Under the pieces are notes generated by a model. The model saw nothing but the letters and a program-made list of their open reading frames with translations, had not been told where the DNA came from and made no database searches. DNA of 64,000 nt from Octopus bimaculoides (taxonomy: Eukaryota), in NCBI RefSeq assembly GCF_001194135.2, contig NC_068983.1:102776371-102840370 (forward strand), read 5' to 3'. Below are positions 25,608 to 40,212 of this stretch, in pieces. The stretch's first letter is position 1, and every line of letters starts with the position of its first letter. A program made the position numbers and the translations under genes.

Positions 25608-27693
25608 CAGCCTTGGAAATCAACTTACAAGGTTTTGGTTGGCCTACAGCTATAATAGATGACAATTTCTCAAGGTGCCACACAATACAACTAAACTCCA
25701 AACCATGTCATTGAGAAACCTTATCTTTTACTTGTTCCATTCACTGGACTGCAGCCATGCTGGGGCACTGCCTTCAAAGGTTTAGTCAAATAAATCCACT
25801 CCAGAATTTATTCTTTAGGTCTTGGGCTCATTTTATCAATCTCTTTTGACAAACCATTAAAATACAGGGATATAAACAAACGAACACTAGTTTTCAAGTG
25901 CTGAGGACAACAAACACAAATAGAGACACATACATATATACATATAATACAGCAGGCTTCTATACAGTTTCTATCTACAAATTCACTCTCAAGGCCTTGG
26001 TTAGCCTGGGGTGTGGCTAAGGTGATGTGTAGTGGGACTGAACCCAAAACTATGTGAGTGCAAAGTGACTGACACACACAAGCACACACACAAGCACACA
26101 CACACACACAGAGGTGGGGTAGAAAGAGTGAAAAAGATGGAGTAAGAGAGGAAGAGTAACAGAAGAGAGAGTAAGAGAGAGAGGAGAGGGAGAGAGAGAA
26201 AGAGAGAGGTATAAAATCTGCAACAAACTGGAACACACACCTAAATAGTGTCATGCCTAAACTTTAAATGCAAAACAAAAAGGTTCAGTTGATAAAGACC
26301 CTGAAGAAAGATGTCTTTTATCTTTTATGCTATGTAGGTCTTAGCTTGGAACAGCCTGTTGAGTAAACTACCATCCATTCTATGATGGCAAGTGAAATTC
26401 CTTTAAGTGTGCAACAATGCCAACATTTTAGGTACCATTTTGGAAAGAGATCTAAGAGAAAAGAATTCTTCCACACCTGCCTTCCCTACCCTTCTCTCTT
26501 GTATTCAGAATAAGAAGTTCCCCCCTACACACACACACATATATACATATACCATTGCTGCTAAATAGGTAATGATGTTAGTTGACACTCAGTATTCCAC
26601 GAGGTAGCTGGCACATAGCTCTGATGTCATTAAACATTGGACTTGTGGCAGCATCAACATTATGTGGTGTAGTATGCAGTAAATGCAGGCTGTTAATCTA
26701 CTATACACAAGTTCTAGATGTAGTGGTAGCAACAATAATTGGTGTCATGGAAGTAACAACAGTAGTAGCAGCTGCAATTGTAAAAATAGAAAAATACTAT
26801 TTCCTCAAGGCATATACTTAGTGCTAAGCTGAGAGACGGTGATACAGTATGTAACTGGTATTTATTATACCAACAGTAGGTAGAGAGGGGAGGTGAAAGT
26901 TTGTAGCTCATGCTTGGGAGTATTACATATAAGTTGGTGAACTCAAAGAGTCATTAAAGCTTTGGAGAGAACACTTTGCAGCATGTATTCTGACTCTCTA
27001 TGTTCTGAGTTTTAATCCCACAAAGGTCAAATTTATCTTTCTTCCTTTCAAAATAAATAATTAACTGGAATTGATTTTTCTTCTCTCTCTCTCTTGCTCT
27101 CTCTGATCGAACTACATTACCCCATGAGAAGGATCAGGAGATCACTTGACATGTCCCTTTCTCCAGAAACAGGGAAGTATTAAGTGAGGGGTTAGCAACC
27201 TCTTCTCACAGAAAAACATATACTGCTGAAATTGTCTTAGAATAGCCTGGGGTGCAGTACAGCCTTACTAGGAGATTTGGCTATTTCTAGTGGACTGAGC
27301 AACCATATAGTGAATCCCTCATTAACTCACAAGACATTTTGAAGTAAAGATAGGAATGGAATGTATAAGAACTATACATTTATAGAGCCTCCATTGGTCA
27401 AGATTAACCATGCATCTGCAAATACATGCACAGGCCTGAGCAAGATTTTTTTGAAGATGACTAGCAGTTATCAACAAATGCAAGTCTTTTTCTTTTCCAA
27501 ACCACCACTTTTGATTGGTACCTACATACACACATACAGACACACGCACATACAGACATAATACATGCATACATACACACACATATAGACAAGCATATAT
27601 GCATACGTATACATGCATACATGTCTACATTCACATGTGTACATATGCATACCTTGCATATTTACATACAGAGTGATAGATACATAAATACAT

Positions 27694-27759
<66 letters not shown>

Positions 27760-28384
27760 CATACATATCCACAGTGGAAAAAGTGAAGGTGAAATAAACA
27801 ACCCCATTAAGTTCAAAGCAGGTTCAAATGCTTGCAATGGCAGGAACTGTGCTATAAAAGATGACATAGTATTGTTAAACAATGAAGTGTCAGAAAAGTT
27901 TAGCAGTGGTAAAATAATTCCTTTCTCTTGAGTACAGATGGGGACCGTGTAGTCAATATGCAATAGGAGATCAAATCACTCCTTAGTTGCAGGAGACTAA
28001 AGTTGGCCTCCCAGCAAAACACTAAAAGTCTCTTTTGCTGTTGCAATCAGGGTTAAGGTGAACTGCAAAGGCCAGCAAAACAAGTAGAAGGTGGCCATGA
28101 ACAGTCTACTACCACCAATTATCTTAGACTTCTTGCTATTAGACCAAAGTATTTCACTATCAAGATCATGAAGAAATTAGTACACAACAGCTCCTCTAAG
28201 CAGAACTAAATCACACACAGGTATCTCTTGGATCAGGCAGGGCAACCTTTTTCAAGAAGTGGTCCATACGACAAAGCTCATTGTCAGGTGGGCCACATTA
28301 CTAATGAAATTCAAGGTAATTTTTCACCAGGTGTTCCTGCAGGCCATAGCTTGTTTGTCCATGACAACCCTAGATTATAGATTC

Positions 28385-28836
28385 TGGACTTGTGCTTATA
28401 TGAAAAATATTTGAGAATGGATGAGGACAGTTGCATAAAGAAGTGCTGATCACTTAAGGAAGGGGGAAGTTGTAGAAGAGGGAGACCCAGGAAGATATGG
28501 GATAAAGTCTGAAGGCTGATCTCAAAATGCTGAACTTTGACAAGGGACCGAAATATGTGGTACATTGCAGTACTTGAGAAGATCCAACCACCGCAACAGA
28601 ATTGAGATCCTAAAAGCAAGGTTAGGTGTCATGTAAAAAGCATTGGTGTGGGTGCTGGTTCCACATAAAAAGCATGGAGTGGTTAGCATTAGGAAGGGCA
28701 CCTAGCCATAGAAATCAAGCCAAAACAGATGATGAAACCTAGTGCTGCCCCAGGCCTTACCAGTTCCTATCAAGCCATCCAAGCCATGCCAGCATGGAAA
28801 ACAAACGTTAAATGAATGTGGTGATGATGATGATGA
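28385..28836 (+). mobile_element. 5'-truncated RTE LINE 3' end (older, more diverged)
   Basis: LRMDEDSCIKKC...GRPRKIW-like reading, shared UTR block GGAAGGGCA.C.AGCC.TAGAAA, (GAT)n tail. Confidence 0.7.
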
Positions 28837-31082
28837 TTTCCAAACTTTTCTTTCTCTCTACAATTTTCTTGTTGCTGATACACAGATTAAATAATATAAA
28901 CATTTTCTGAATATAATCAAGAATTAATATCTAGTTTAAACCACTTAGTATAATTTAATTTTATGTCCCACATACACGCCTGTCCTTTCAAGTGCCAGTG
29001 CCACATAAAAAAAGTTCTGTGCTGGTGCTGTGTAAACACACCCACATCAGTGGCACATAAAATGCACCCAGTACACTCTGTTAGATGGTTAGTGTTAGGA
29101 AGGGCCTCCAGTCATAGAAATCATGCCACAACAGACAATAGAAGGCTGGCCAGCTCCATGTCAAATCATCCAACCCATGCCAGCATGGAAAGCGGATGTT
29201 AAACGACCACAATGATGATAATGGTGATGATGTCTACATATTCATATTTTCTGCACAATTTTTAAACATGTTACACCATCATTTGTCATAAACCATCATT
29301 GTTTTGTGTTTACTTAATAAAACAATATTCAAGTTTACATAAATTGCACTGTTCAATATAGTTCTTTAGTGTCTTTTCATAATTATCATCATCATTGTTA
29401 AATCATTTTCTACGCTGGCATGGATTGGACGGTTTGATAGGAGCCAGCAATCCAGAGGACACTGCCAAATTCCAGTGTCTGCTTTGACATAGTTTCTACA
29501 GGCATATATCTTTCTTAACACCAACCACTTTGCAGAGTATACTGGGTGCTCTTTGTGTGGCATCAGTTCTAGTGAAGTCATTAGGTAACTCGCGAACCTA
29601 GGCACCTCAACTGAAGGAGGGGTAGTACTGAGAGAGGTGGCTTTATGTCAGGCGACAACAGGTTAAAGTATGATAGAGGGAAAGAAACAGATGTCTTATA
29701 GCTGAGTAAAAAGAGTATAGATGGTTGTGAAGTGGTGCATCCTCAAGTTACAAGAAGGTGAAAATAAGAAAAGTAGCCCTAGGAACTGGAGAGGATGAAT
29801 GAGTAGTAAGTTTGCATGAGTGTGAAAGTGGCAGATGGATAGAGATGGAGATGGAGGTGAATGCAGTGAATGGTGAACAGGGATGGAGGCAGGTCAATGG
29901 TGAACATCAGTTCGATGGGAGGGGGACGTGAGGGCACTAGAAGGTAGCAAATATAAAGTGTGGGTAGTGTATGAGATGTACAGTGCTAGGGACAAGGTCA
30001 GAAGTACATAGGATTGGAAATAGTAGGAGATGAACTGAGGCAATAAGGCTACCATTAGCAGAATGAGAATACGTACAGGGGAAAAGTAGAGGTGAAGTGG
30101 GGGGATAGAAACATTCAGTGTAAAATAGGGTGGTAAGGGATGATACTGAAAATGTGGGAGACAAAGGAAGTGGTCCATCATGCACTGTTTAACTAACATG
30201 TTAATTACATCATCATATTGTCACCAACACCAAGATTCTGAAACCTAAATGGATAACAAATTTAAATAAGACATCAGAACAGTACCTAATAACTATACTA
30301 AATAACCTACAAACAAAATTACTACAAGTATGAACTTAAATACAGCAAACAAAATTCTCCAAGTTATTTCTAATGATTAAGTCAACAAATGGCCTCTATA
30401 AACATACAGGTTCTGTGATATCAAACATTTAACCTATATAGTCAGAGTTTCCTCCAAATTAAACAACATACGTCCAACGTAATTAAATATGCACAATCAC
30501 CTACCATTAGCCTAACAATTATCTAAAAGAGTGGTATTTCACCATTCTCTCTCTTTCAACACACATATACACATATCCAATTTATACACACATAGGTATC
30601 TACAGATACATATAGTCTTATATACATACATAAAATTCTACTGTAGTGAGTATATGTATCTATAAACACAAACCAAAACCAGTGTACCCCCCCCCTCTCT
30701 CTCTCTCTCTCTTGAATAGCAGAGAAAAAGGAGAATGAATGATAAACATGAAAATAAACACAGAGACAGAGCACAGTGAAAAGAGAGTGTTTATGATAAT
30801 GGCAGCAATTCATTAATACAAACAGTTTGTTGTAAAACAACATTTATTGGTTAAAATCTATAGATATGTTCTATTGTTCATTATAACAATGAAACAAAAC
30901 ACTGTTGGGGTACGAATAATCTAATGCTGGAACTAGCTGCCAAGAAAGTGTTAAGTATGCAATTTGGCCTATTCAATTTACTTTAGTCACTAATAGGCGT
31001 AGGCATGGCTGTGTAGTAAGAAGTTTGCTTCTCAACAACATTGTTCTAGGTTCAGTTCCCCAGGCCAACCCATATGTGTGTG

Positions 31083-31132
<50 letters not shown>

Positions 31133-31585
31133 GTCTGTATGTGTATTTGTCATTGTGCTTGGCCACTCCCACCACCACCACCACCACCACTTGACAACCA
31201 GTGTTGGTTTGTTTACATTCTGACAAGCTTCTTTCCATTCCCATCTCCCAAATTCATTTGCATGGCATTGGCCAGCCTAGGGCTACAGTAGAAAACACTT
31301 GCGCAAGGTAGAGTGCAGGGAGATTGAATCTGAGACCACATAGTTGCAAAATCAACTCCTTAACCACACAGCCAATGCCTGCACTTGCCAACATTATGTT
31401 TACATTCATCATAGCATAGAGTATTGGCTTAAAATCTATAGATGTAGTAGGTGCAAGCATGATTGTGTAGTAAGAGGCCTGCTTCCCAACCACATGGGAC
31501 AGCTTGGTCAAACGTCTTCAACTATAACCGTAGGTCAACAAAGGCCTTGTGAATGGATTTGGTAGACAGGGTCTGAACGGAAACC

Positions 31586-31631
<46 letters not shown>

Positions 31632-32870
31632 CATGCACACGTGCACATGTGCCTTTGTGCTTGCATTTGTCCCCCAGCACCACTCAACAAGTATTACTGA
31701 GTTGCTTACATCCCTGTAACTTAGCAGTTCAGCATAAGATATCAACAGAATAATAACCAGGCTTAAATATAATAAGTACCAGAGTTGATTCATTTGCCTA
31801 AAACCATTCAAGGCAGAACCCCAGCATAACCACAGTTCAATGACTGAACCAGGTCAACGATAAAAGATACTTTATAGTACATTATAAGCAATGAAACAAA
31901 AAGCGCTATTTGCCTATCAATAACTTGATATTCTTCAAGAGTGATCCTTGAAGCCAAACTCTGCTGACTTGAATAATGCTGGATATATTTGGACAATAAA
32001 ATGTAGACTCTGACGTAAGAAGAATTGGATTATCACAGCTGGAACATTTTTAAACATAGATTTGCCTAGCAGAACTGCCTTGGGACTAAATGAGAACATC
32101 AACAATAATTATGAAACCAAAAATAAAAGATTCTAAATACAGAATTATCTACAATCGACCAGACTTGGTAACTGCTTCCAAATTTACAACCTCTTAAATA
32201 TGATAGCATATATGGAAACACACACAACTACATACATGCAAATATATATATATATATATATATANNNNNNNNNNNNNNNNNNNNNNNNNNNNNNNNNNNN
32301 NNNNNNNNNNNNNNNNNNNNNNNNNNNNNNNNNNNNNNNNNNNNNNNNNNNNNNNNNNNNNNNNNNNNNNNNNNNNNNNNNNNNNNNNNNNNNNNNNNNN
32401 NNNNNNNNNNNNNNNNNNNNNNNNNNNNNNNNNNNNNNNNNNNNNNNNNNNNNNNNNNNNNNNNNNNNNNNNNNNNNNNNNNNNNNNNNNNNNNNNNNNN
32501 NNNNNNNNNNNNNNNNNNNNNNNNNNNNNNNNNNNNNNNNNNNNNNNNNNNNNNNNNNNNNNNNNNNNNNNNNNNNNNNNNNNNNNNNNNNNNNNNNNNN
32601 NNNNNNNNNNNNNNNNNNNNNNNNNNNNNNNNNNNNNNNNNNNNNNNNNNNNNNNNNNNNNNNNNNNNNNNNNNNNNNNNNNNNNNNNNNNNNNNNNNNN
32701 NNNNNNNNNNNNNNNNNNNNNNNNNNNNNNNNNNNNNNNNNNNNNNNNNNNNNNNNNNNNNNNNNNNNNNNNNNNNNNNNNNNNNNNNNNNNNNNNNNNN
32801 NNNNNNNNNNNNNNNNNNNNNNNNNNNNNNNNNNNNNNNNNNNNNNNNNNNNNNNNNNNNNNNATATATA

Positions 32871-33942
32871 AGAGGTGGTGTAGCAATATCAAAGGAAGTT
32901 TAACAGAGAAAATAGTCTTTGTGTGTGGCAGATGCACAGGTACAAGAAACACTAGAAATATTCAGAAAATACATTCCATTAGACTCCATCAAATGCCAGG
33001 GGGAGAAGTAGTTAATAGCTTTCGTTACCGAGATGACCAAGACAGCAGTGGAGGTGGATGCTCCAAGAGAGTAGCCTGCTAAAATAAGAATAGGCTGGGC
33101 AAAATTCAGAGAGCTTCTACCTTTTAGAAAATTACTACTTGTAAATCTCACAATGAGAGATTCAGCAACAGTACTTTGGAGTAAAGATTATTTGCCAACA
33201 TAACATGGCAGTCCTGATTTGTTGGCAACAAAGGGCCTCTACCTCAGAGTGAAAGGTAGATTGTATGATGCCTGTGTGTGAACAACCATGCTACACAACA
33301 GTGAAACATGGGCTATGACTGCAGAGGACATGCAAAAGCTTGAAAGAAATGAATCTAGTATGCTCTGCTGGATGTGCAATGTCAGTGTGCATGTACAACG
33401 GAGTGTAAGTGTCTTCAGACAAAAATTAGGCATAAGAGGCATCAGATGTGGTGTGCAGGAGAGACAACTGCATTGGTATGGTCATATGATGCATATGGAT
33501 GAAGACAGCTGTGTAAAAAAGTGCCAGTCTGTAAATGTGGAGGGAACCTGTGGAAGAGGTAGATAGAAAGATATGGGGCTTGGTGGTGAAGCATTATCTT
33601 TGAATGTGGAGTCTCACAGAGGTGATGACAAGTGATTGTGACCTTTGGCAACATGCTGTACTTGAGAAGACTCAAGCCAAGTGAATTCGTAGTTGTGACC
33701 GGTGCCAGTGACATGCAACAGCACCCATGTTGGTGACAGACAAAAGCACCTGTGCTGGCAACACTTGAGAGACACCCACTACATTCTCGGAATGGTTGGT
33801 GTTAGGAAGGGCATCCAACCATAAAAACCAAGCTCAACTCAGACTGGAAATTGGTGCAGCTCTCCAGTTTCCAGTTCCAGTCAAACCATCTAACCCATGC
33901 AAGCATGGAAAGCGGGCATTAAATGATGATGATGATGATGAT
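32871..33942 (+). mobile_element. RTE-clade LINE, 3' ~1 kb (RT C-terminus, 3' UTR, (GAT)n tail), decayed
   Basis: Readings SNIKGSLTEKIVFVCGRCTG, IRIGWAKFRELL, VKGRLYDACV, HNSETWAMTAEDMQKLERNE, LHWYGHMMHMDEDSCVKKC, EGTCGRGR; UTR ends AAATGATGATGATG. Confidence 0.85.
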
Positions 33943-33972
33943 ATATAGATATATATTTCCATGCAAGCATAT

Positions 33973-34015
<43 letters not shown>

Positions 34016-34179
34016 TTTATGCATATAAATATATACATCCATGCATATTCATTGCTTCCCAACTATATGATTCTGGGTTCAGTCCCACTGCGTGACACCT
34101 TGGACAAGTGTCTTCTATTATAGCCTAGAGCCAACCAAAGATTTGTGAGTGAATTTGGTAGACAGAAACTGAAAGAAGC

Positions 34180-34221
<42 letters not shown>

Positions 34222-34999
34222 ACTTATTCTATCAGTCTTTTTTGCCAAACNNNNNNNNNNNNNNNNNNNNNNNNNNNNNNNNNNNNNNNNNNNNNNNNNN
34301 NNNNNNNNNNNNNNNNNNNNNNNNNNNNNNNNNNNNNNNNNNNNNNNNNNNNNNNNNNNNNNNNNNNNNNNNNNNNNNNNNNNNNNNNNNNNNNNNNNNN
34401 NNNNNNNNNNNNNNNNNNNNNNNNNNNNNNNNNNNNNNNNNNNNNNNNNNNNNNNNNNNNNNNNNNNNNNNNNNNNNNNNNNNNNNNNNNNNNNNNNNNN
34501 NNNNNNNNNNNNNNNNNNNNNNNNNNNNNNNNNNNNNNNNNNNNNNNNNNNNNNNNNNNNNNNNNNNNNNNNNNNNNNNNNNNNNNNNNNNNNNNNNNNN
34601 NNNNNNNNNNNNNNNNNNNNNNNNNNNNNNNNNNNNNNNNNNNNNNNNNNNNNNNNNNNNNNNNNNNNNNNNNNNNNNNNNNNNNNNNNCCCCCCCCCGC
34701 CACGATCGCTTGACAACCAATGTTGGTGTGTTTATGTCCCCTTAACTTTATGGTTTGGCAAAAGAGACCAATGAAATAAATACTAGGCTTACAAAGAATA
34801 AGTCCTGGGGTCAATTTGTTTGACTAAAGACTGTGTTCCAGCATGGCCACAGTCAAATGACTGAAACAAGTAAAAGAATAAAAGAATATATATATATATA
34901 TATATATATAAACATACATACAAGCATGCATATTATGTATGTATGCATCAATGTATGCATGCATACATACATAGATGTATGTATGCACGTATGTATACA

Positions 35000-35390
35000 G
35001 TTGTCAACTTGATTTCAAGCCAAAGCACCTTTTCATTGATGACATATACCTGTAACAGGTTTTGTAGCTTTTCTTTCATGAACCCTCAGATGATTATCTA
35101 GGACTGATTTTGTTTTAAATCTTTTGTGACAAACAGTACAAAACTTAGTCAACAATTTCATAGACAGTGGCTCCACTCTTGTGCATTGCTACCTAGATAC
35201 ATAAAAGAATTCACTTCATCAAGTCTGGTTCCTTTGACTGAAGCATTTAGTTTTATATATGACTCTCTCAAAATCAATGAAAACATCACCTTTAATTTTC
35301 TTCAGGTTTATTGTGAGTACCAAAGTTGTACAGGTATAGGGGCAAAAGAAGTTCAGAGGTTCATTGTTTTCTGCATATCTTGTTCTTAAT
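35000..35390 (-). mobile_element. Decayed RT fragment of a second RTE-clade (BovB-like) LINE
   Basis: Minus-strand readings LVLTINLKKIK and VKGTRLDEVNSFMYLGS resemble the FGLTISLKKT...LEVVDKFTYLGS signature; frameshifted. Confidence 0.5.
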
Positions 35391-38300
35391 AAAGCATAAG
35401 ATCACAATTATCAGCTTACAATAAATAATAAACTAGAGTTATAATGATCTTTGGTTAAGTGTTGAGACAATTCAGACTAAAAGTATTTAACTGCAGGATG
35501 AAAGCAGACAAAAATGTCTAGATCACATTCATGAGTAATCACTACTGCAAAAAAGACAAATCCAAAAACAGTGTGGCACTAATTTCACTAGTAACAATAA
35601 AATCTATACTTAGCTAAAAGCAATGTGACCATCAGAATATGAAGCTTGCTTCACAACCATGAGGTTTCGGATTCAATCCCACTGCACAGCATCCTGGGCA
35701 TGCGTCTTCTATTATAGACTCAGGCCAACTAAAGCCCTATAAAAGGATTTGGTAGGCAAAAAGTGAAAGAAACTTGTGTGTTTGTGTATGTGTATTTGTT
35801 TGTGCTCTTGTCTAGACATCACATGATGGCTGTAAATGAGTACCACCATCATAAAGACAAGGTTGTTCATTTCCAGTCTTTTGTGAAAAATATATCTAGC
35901 TACAAGGAAATACTATCTTGCTGGGAGACAGGTGAGGATTGGCAACAGGAAGGGCATCCAGCCATAGAAAATCTGTCTCAACAAATTTTGTCTGATCCAA
36001 GCAAACAGGAAGTGGACATTATATGAAGAATGATGAGTAAAGAGTTTGTGAACAGATCAATCAAAGTGCTGTAAAGGGGATTACTTCTTTATTGTAATCA
36101 TTTAATCTTCAACCAGTTTTGACAATAAGTATTTCAGTTGATTGATCCACTGAACTATCCATACTGTATTGTAATGAGACTGATTGAGTACTCAAAATAT
36201 ATCAGTATTCTTAGTGTAATTCTCAAACAGTATCAGTGTGATAAAACAGGGCACTTAGAGTTATAGACAGTCCATATGAGAGGTTTTCACACAGTTTATA
36301 TCTACCCAGTTTAACTTGACTTGCAAGGCTTAGGTAAACTTAAAATTATTATAAAATTCAAGTGCCCAAGGTAAAGGGATCAAATCAAACCTGCAACATC
36401 ATGAGTGAGAGGCAGATTTCTTCTTTTCAGCCATGACAACTTTTTTTTTTTTTTTTGGTTTTCTTTTTAAGCTTAGTCATCAGAAGAAAGGCAGAACCCA
36501 TTACTTCATTGCAAGTCTTCTGAGACTGGTTAGTGAAAAGGAAGGAGAAACCAGAAACCTAGCCTGGATGCTTGAAACAATATGGACTTTGTTAAAGATA
36601 GCCAAGAACCATGTGACAATATTAAACCAGCTAATGGCTTAGGTTTACCTAAAATACAGTTCAGACAATGTGCTTCCACAAAGTTTACATCTACCCAATT
36701 TCACTCACAAAGCTTGGGCTGACTTGAGGCTTCAGTAGAAGATACTTGCCTAAGTGTATGGCTTAATTGTTAAGGTCTTGGACTCACTATCATAAGAATG
36801 TGGTTTCGATTCCTGGACTGGGCAATAGATTAACACTTCACGTTATGTTGCTCCAGTCCACTCAACTGTAGAAATGAGTACCACTAGTGGAGGCACGTCA
36901 CTTAGAGGTTAGGGAACTGGATTCATGATCATAAACTTGTCGGTTTTGATCCCTGGACTGGGTTGTGTGTTGTGTTCTTGAGCAAAACACTTCATTTCAT
37001 GTTGTTCCAGTTCACTCAGCTGTAGAAATGAGTTTAGCCTGGAGAGGAATGGGCTTCACCAGGCTTCTTTGCCCTAGATATGCTGCATCGTCCCAATGAC
37101 CCTCAAGGAGTTAAGGGACTAGTTGTTGCTTGCCTAAGGTGCCACCCAGAGGAATCAAACCCAGAACCAAGTGATTTGAAAGTAAACTTCTTGATCCTAA
37201 GGGGAAAAACAATAATTGACATAACGGGGAAAAACAATAATTGACAAAAGCACATTAACTACTTGCAGATTGCTAAGGATTTTATTGTGTTCTTGCAATT
37301 ACTGTTATTAGGTCACACTATCACTGGAATATACTGGTTTGGAGTTAATCTTTTGTTACACAATACTACATATCACTCCTTGGTCTTACTGAGTTTTAAA
37401 CAAATGTATCAAAATTTGATTTCAAAGATAGTAATGAGCTATAAGTACCAGCTACACATGAAATATATCAGACTTCATATCAACTAATACTAAGCTCATA
37501 CTCCTTTGAAATTAGCACACAAGTCTATGGCTGTAATGTGGAGTATTATTTTTTTTTAACCTTTCTTTAACAGTATTTTATCTTCACTAGAGTCAATGGT
37601 AGACAATAAAGCTTATAAGTCTTTGACGCAGGTCAGTCAGACCTGTTTGACTAGATATGTGTTTAAAATTGTTTCAATCATTACTATCGCAACTATTTGG
37701 GATTACATTGTTCAATGTGTACCTTTTCCTTAAATAGTAGTATGTGTGATTTAGGAAGATTTGGTTATTTTTTCTAGTAATATAAGTGGCTACATAAAGG
37801 CTCCCTCATTGGTTAAAAACTATATGAATGAAACAATTGGAACAATTATTTATGAGGGTGGATATAAAAATGATTATACATGGAGTATTTTGAGAACTGG
37901 AACACTGACCTAAATAAATAAAAACAACACACCATGCACACACCCAACATTATTTATTAGATCATAAAGGTGATGAGCTGACAGATTCATAAGCAAGTCA
38001 GGTAAATGCTTAGCAGCATTTCTCTCTGACTCATTACATTCAGAGTTCAAATTCTACCAAAGTTAAATCTGTCTTTCATCTTTCCAGGGTCAAATTAAAG
38101 TACCAGTTGAGCACCAGGGTTCATGCAATCAACTTTCTCCTCCCCTCAAAAATGCTGGCCTTGTGCCAAAATTAGAAAGGATTATTTATTAGATCATATT
38201 AAGGCTAGCTCCACGACATGGTGTGCTGGGCAAGTATTTTCTCTTATAACTACAGACTAATCAATGCCTTGTGAGTAAGATTGGTAGACAGAAGCCTACA

Positions 38301-38769
38301 CACACACATATATATATATAGTGTGTGTGTGTGTGTGTGTGTGTATTTGCATTGTGTTTGTCACTATATCTGTCTTTGGTTATGTTCTGGAACTTAGCAG
38401 TTCAACAAACAGATTTGATAATAGTAAGCACTAGACTTTAGAATATGAAGCTTGTGACAGAACATCGGTGCAGTCTAATGAATGAAACAAATAAAAGAAT
38501 TAAAAAAAAGTTATAGATACTACAACAATGAAACTTCTGTATGAAGCAGCTCACTTGACTTGCTAAAGCTAACAATCAAATCCCCTAAGTTACACCCAAC
38601 TTATATCAAATAATATAGTCAGACAAATGTAATTCCAGAAAAAAGATGGGTGACCATGGTAACAATGGCTTTGATCCTTATAAATTTGGTCAACCAGAGC
38701 CAAATTGGGGTTAGTCTACAACAACATACAGACTCTTGTTCGTTCATTTCCTTCAATCTACATCGGTGA

Positions 38770-39084
38770 GTGAAGGCACATGGCTTAGTGGCTAGGGTAT
38801 TTGTCTAACAATTGTAAGGTCATGAGTTCAATACCTGGTGACATGTTGTGTCCTTGAGCAAGACACTTTATTTCACATTGCTCCAGTGCACTCAGCTGGC
38901 AAAAATGAGTGGTACCTGTATTTCAAAGGCCCAGCCTTATCACACCCCGTTGTCACACTGAATCTCCCTGAGAACTACATTAAGGGTAAACATATCTGTG
39001 GAGTCCTCAGCTACTTGCACATTAATTTCATGAGCAGGTTGTTCCATTGATTGGATCGACTGTCATCATAACCAACAGAGTGCC

Positions 39085-39120
<36 letters not shown>
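38770..39120 (+). mobile_element. tRNA-derived SINE, family D (shares its 3' half with family A; (AGT)n tail)
   Basis: GTGAAGGCACATGGCTTAGTGG head, TTGTGTCCTTGAGCAAGACACTT core, GAGAACTAC.TTAAGGGTA...GAGTGCC 3' part as in family A. Partial relatives at ~36760-37030 and ~60400-60720. Confidence 0.75.
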
Positions 39121-39121
<1 letters not shown>

Positions 39122-39774
39122 ATAGATCAGTGATTCCCAACGTGGGATATACAGCCCACCAGTGAGGCCTGGGAAAATTGTGGTGGTTGTGGTATCCAAA
39201 ATATTTTTTTTTTTTTTTTTTTTTTTTGTGGGACATGGAATTGTGAAAATCTTTTTTACACCTATACTCAGCCTAGCCATACCAATCCCTTCAGCCAAAC
39301 ATACTCTGTGAAGACAGTTTGCTACAGTAGAGTGCTATTCTAATGCCCTACTGTGGATATTTCTTTGATCTTATAGCATTCACATTACTCTGTCAAATAT
39401 AATTCATATTTATCCATCTTGTTTTGAATTAATCATGCACTGTCTCATAACCTTGACATATCAATGAAGTGATAGTTTATTTTTAGAATCACATTGTAGG
39501 GTAGGTGTGAGAAACCTGATCTGGTCAGTCTGAACGTAAAACAGGTAGAATATTTAGGCCTGATATGGCCAGTTTGAATGCTAAAAGGTTAAGGATATTT
39601 CACTGGTGGGGCATAGATTTTTCTAGAAAGCTATAGTGGGTGCCTGGAGGTAAAAATAGGTTGCCAGACACTATTGTTCATACATTCTCTTGTATTTTCA
39701 CATACACTTTACTCATTATAACTGACCCACCCAGCCCACCTCTTCCATAACCATGCATCAATTCTTTATGATTC

Positions 39775-39798
39775 TCTCTCACTCTCTCTTTCTCTCTT

Positions 39799-39841
<43 letters not shown>

Positions 39842-40212
39842 CTCTCTTGCTCTCTCTCTCTTGCTATCTCTATCTCTCTCTTGTTATCTCACCCCCTCTC
39901 TTGCTATCTCTCTCCCTCCTCCTCCTCCTCTATTGTTCTCTGTTTCTATTTTGCTCTCTCCCCCTCTCTTTCAAATTCTATCTCCCTCTCTTGCTATCTC
40001 TCTCTCCTCCTCTCTTACTCTCTCTCTCTAATTCACTCACTTCTAAACACACACTTGCACATTCACATTTACTTAGAATTAACTCACTCTCTCTTTCATT
40101 CATTATTTCCCTTTCCCACTTCTCTCCCATGCACCTCTTCTTTCCCTATATGCATAAAATATGCTACCTCTAAATTACACAGGCTGTGCTCTCTCTCTCT
40201 CTCTCTCTCTCA
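39775..40212. repeat. ~440-bp CT-rich polypyrimidine/compound microsatellite tract
   Basis: (CT)n, CTCTTGCT(AT)CTCT subunits and (CCT)n directly visible. Confidence 0.85.

Noticed and set aside
37201-37246. 25-bp-period direct repeat GGGGAAAAACAATAATTGACA x2
   Set aside because: Simple slippage duplication with no associated structure.
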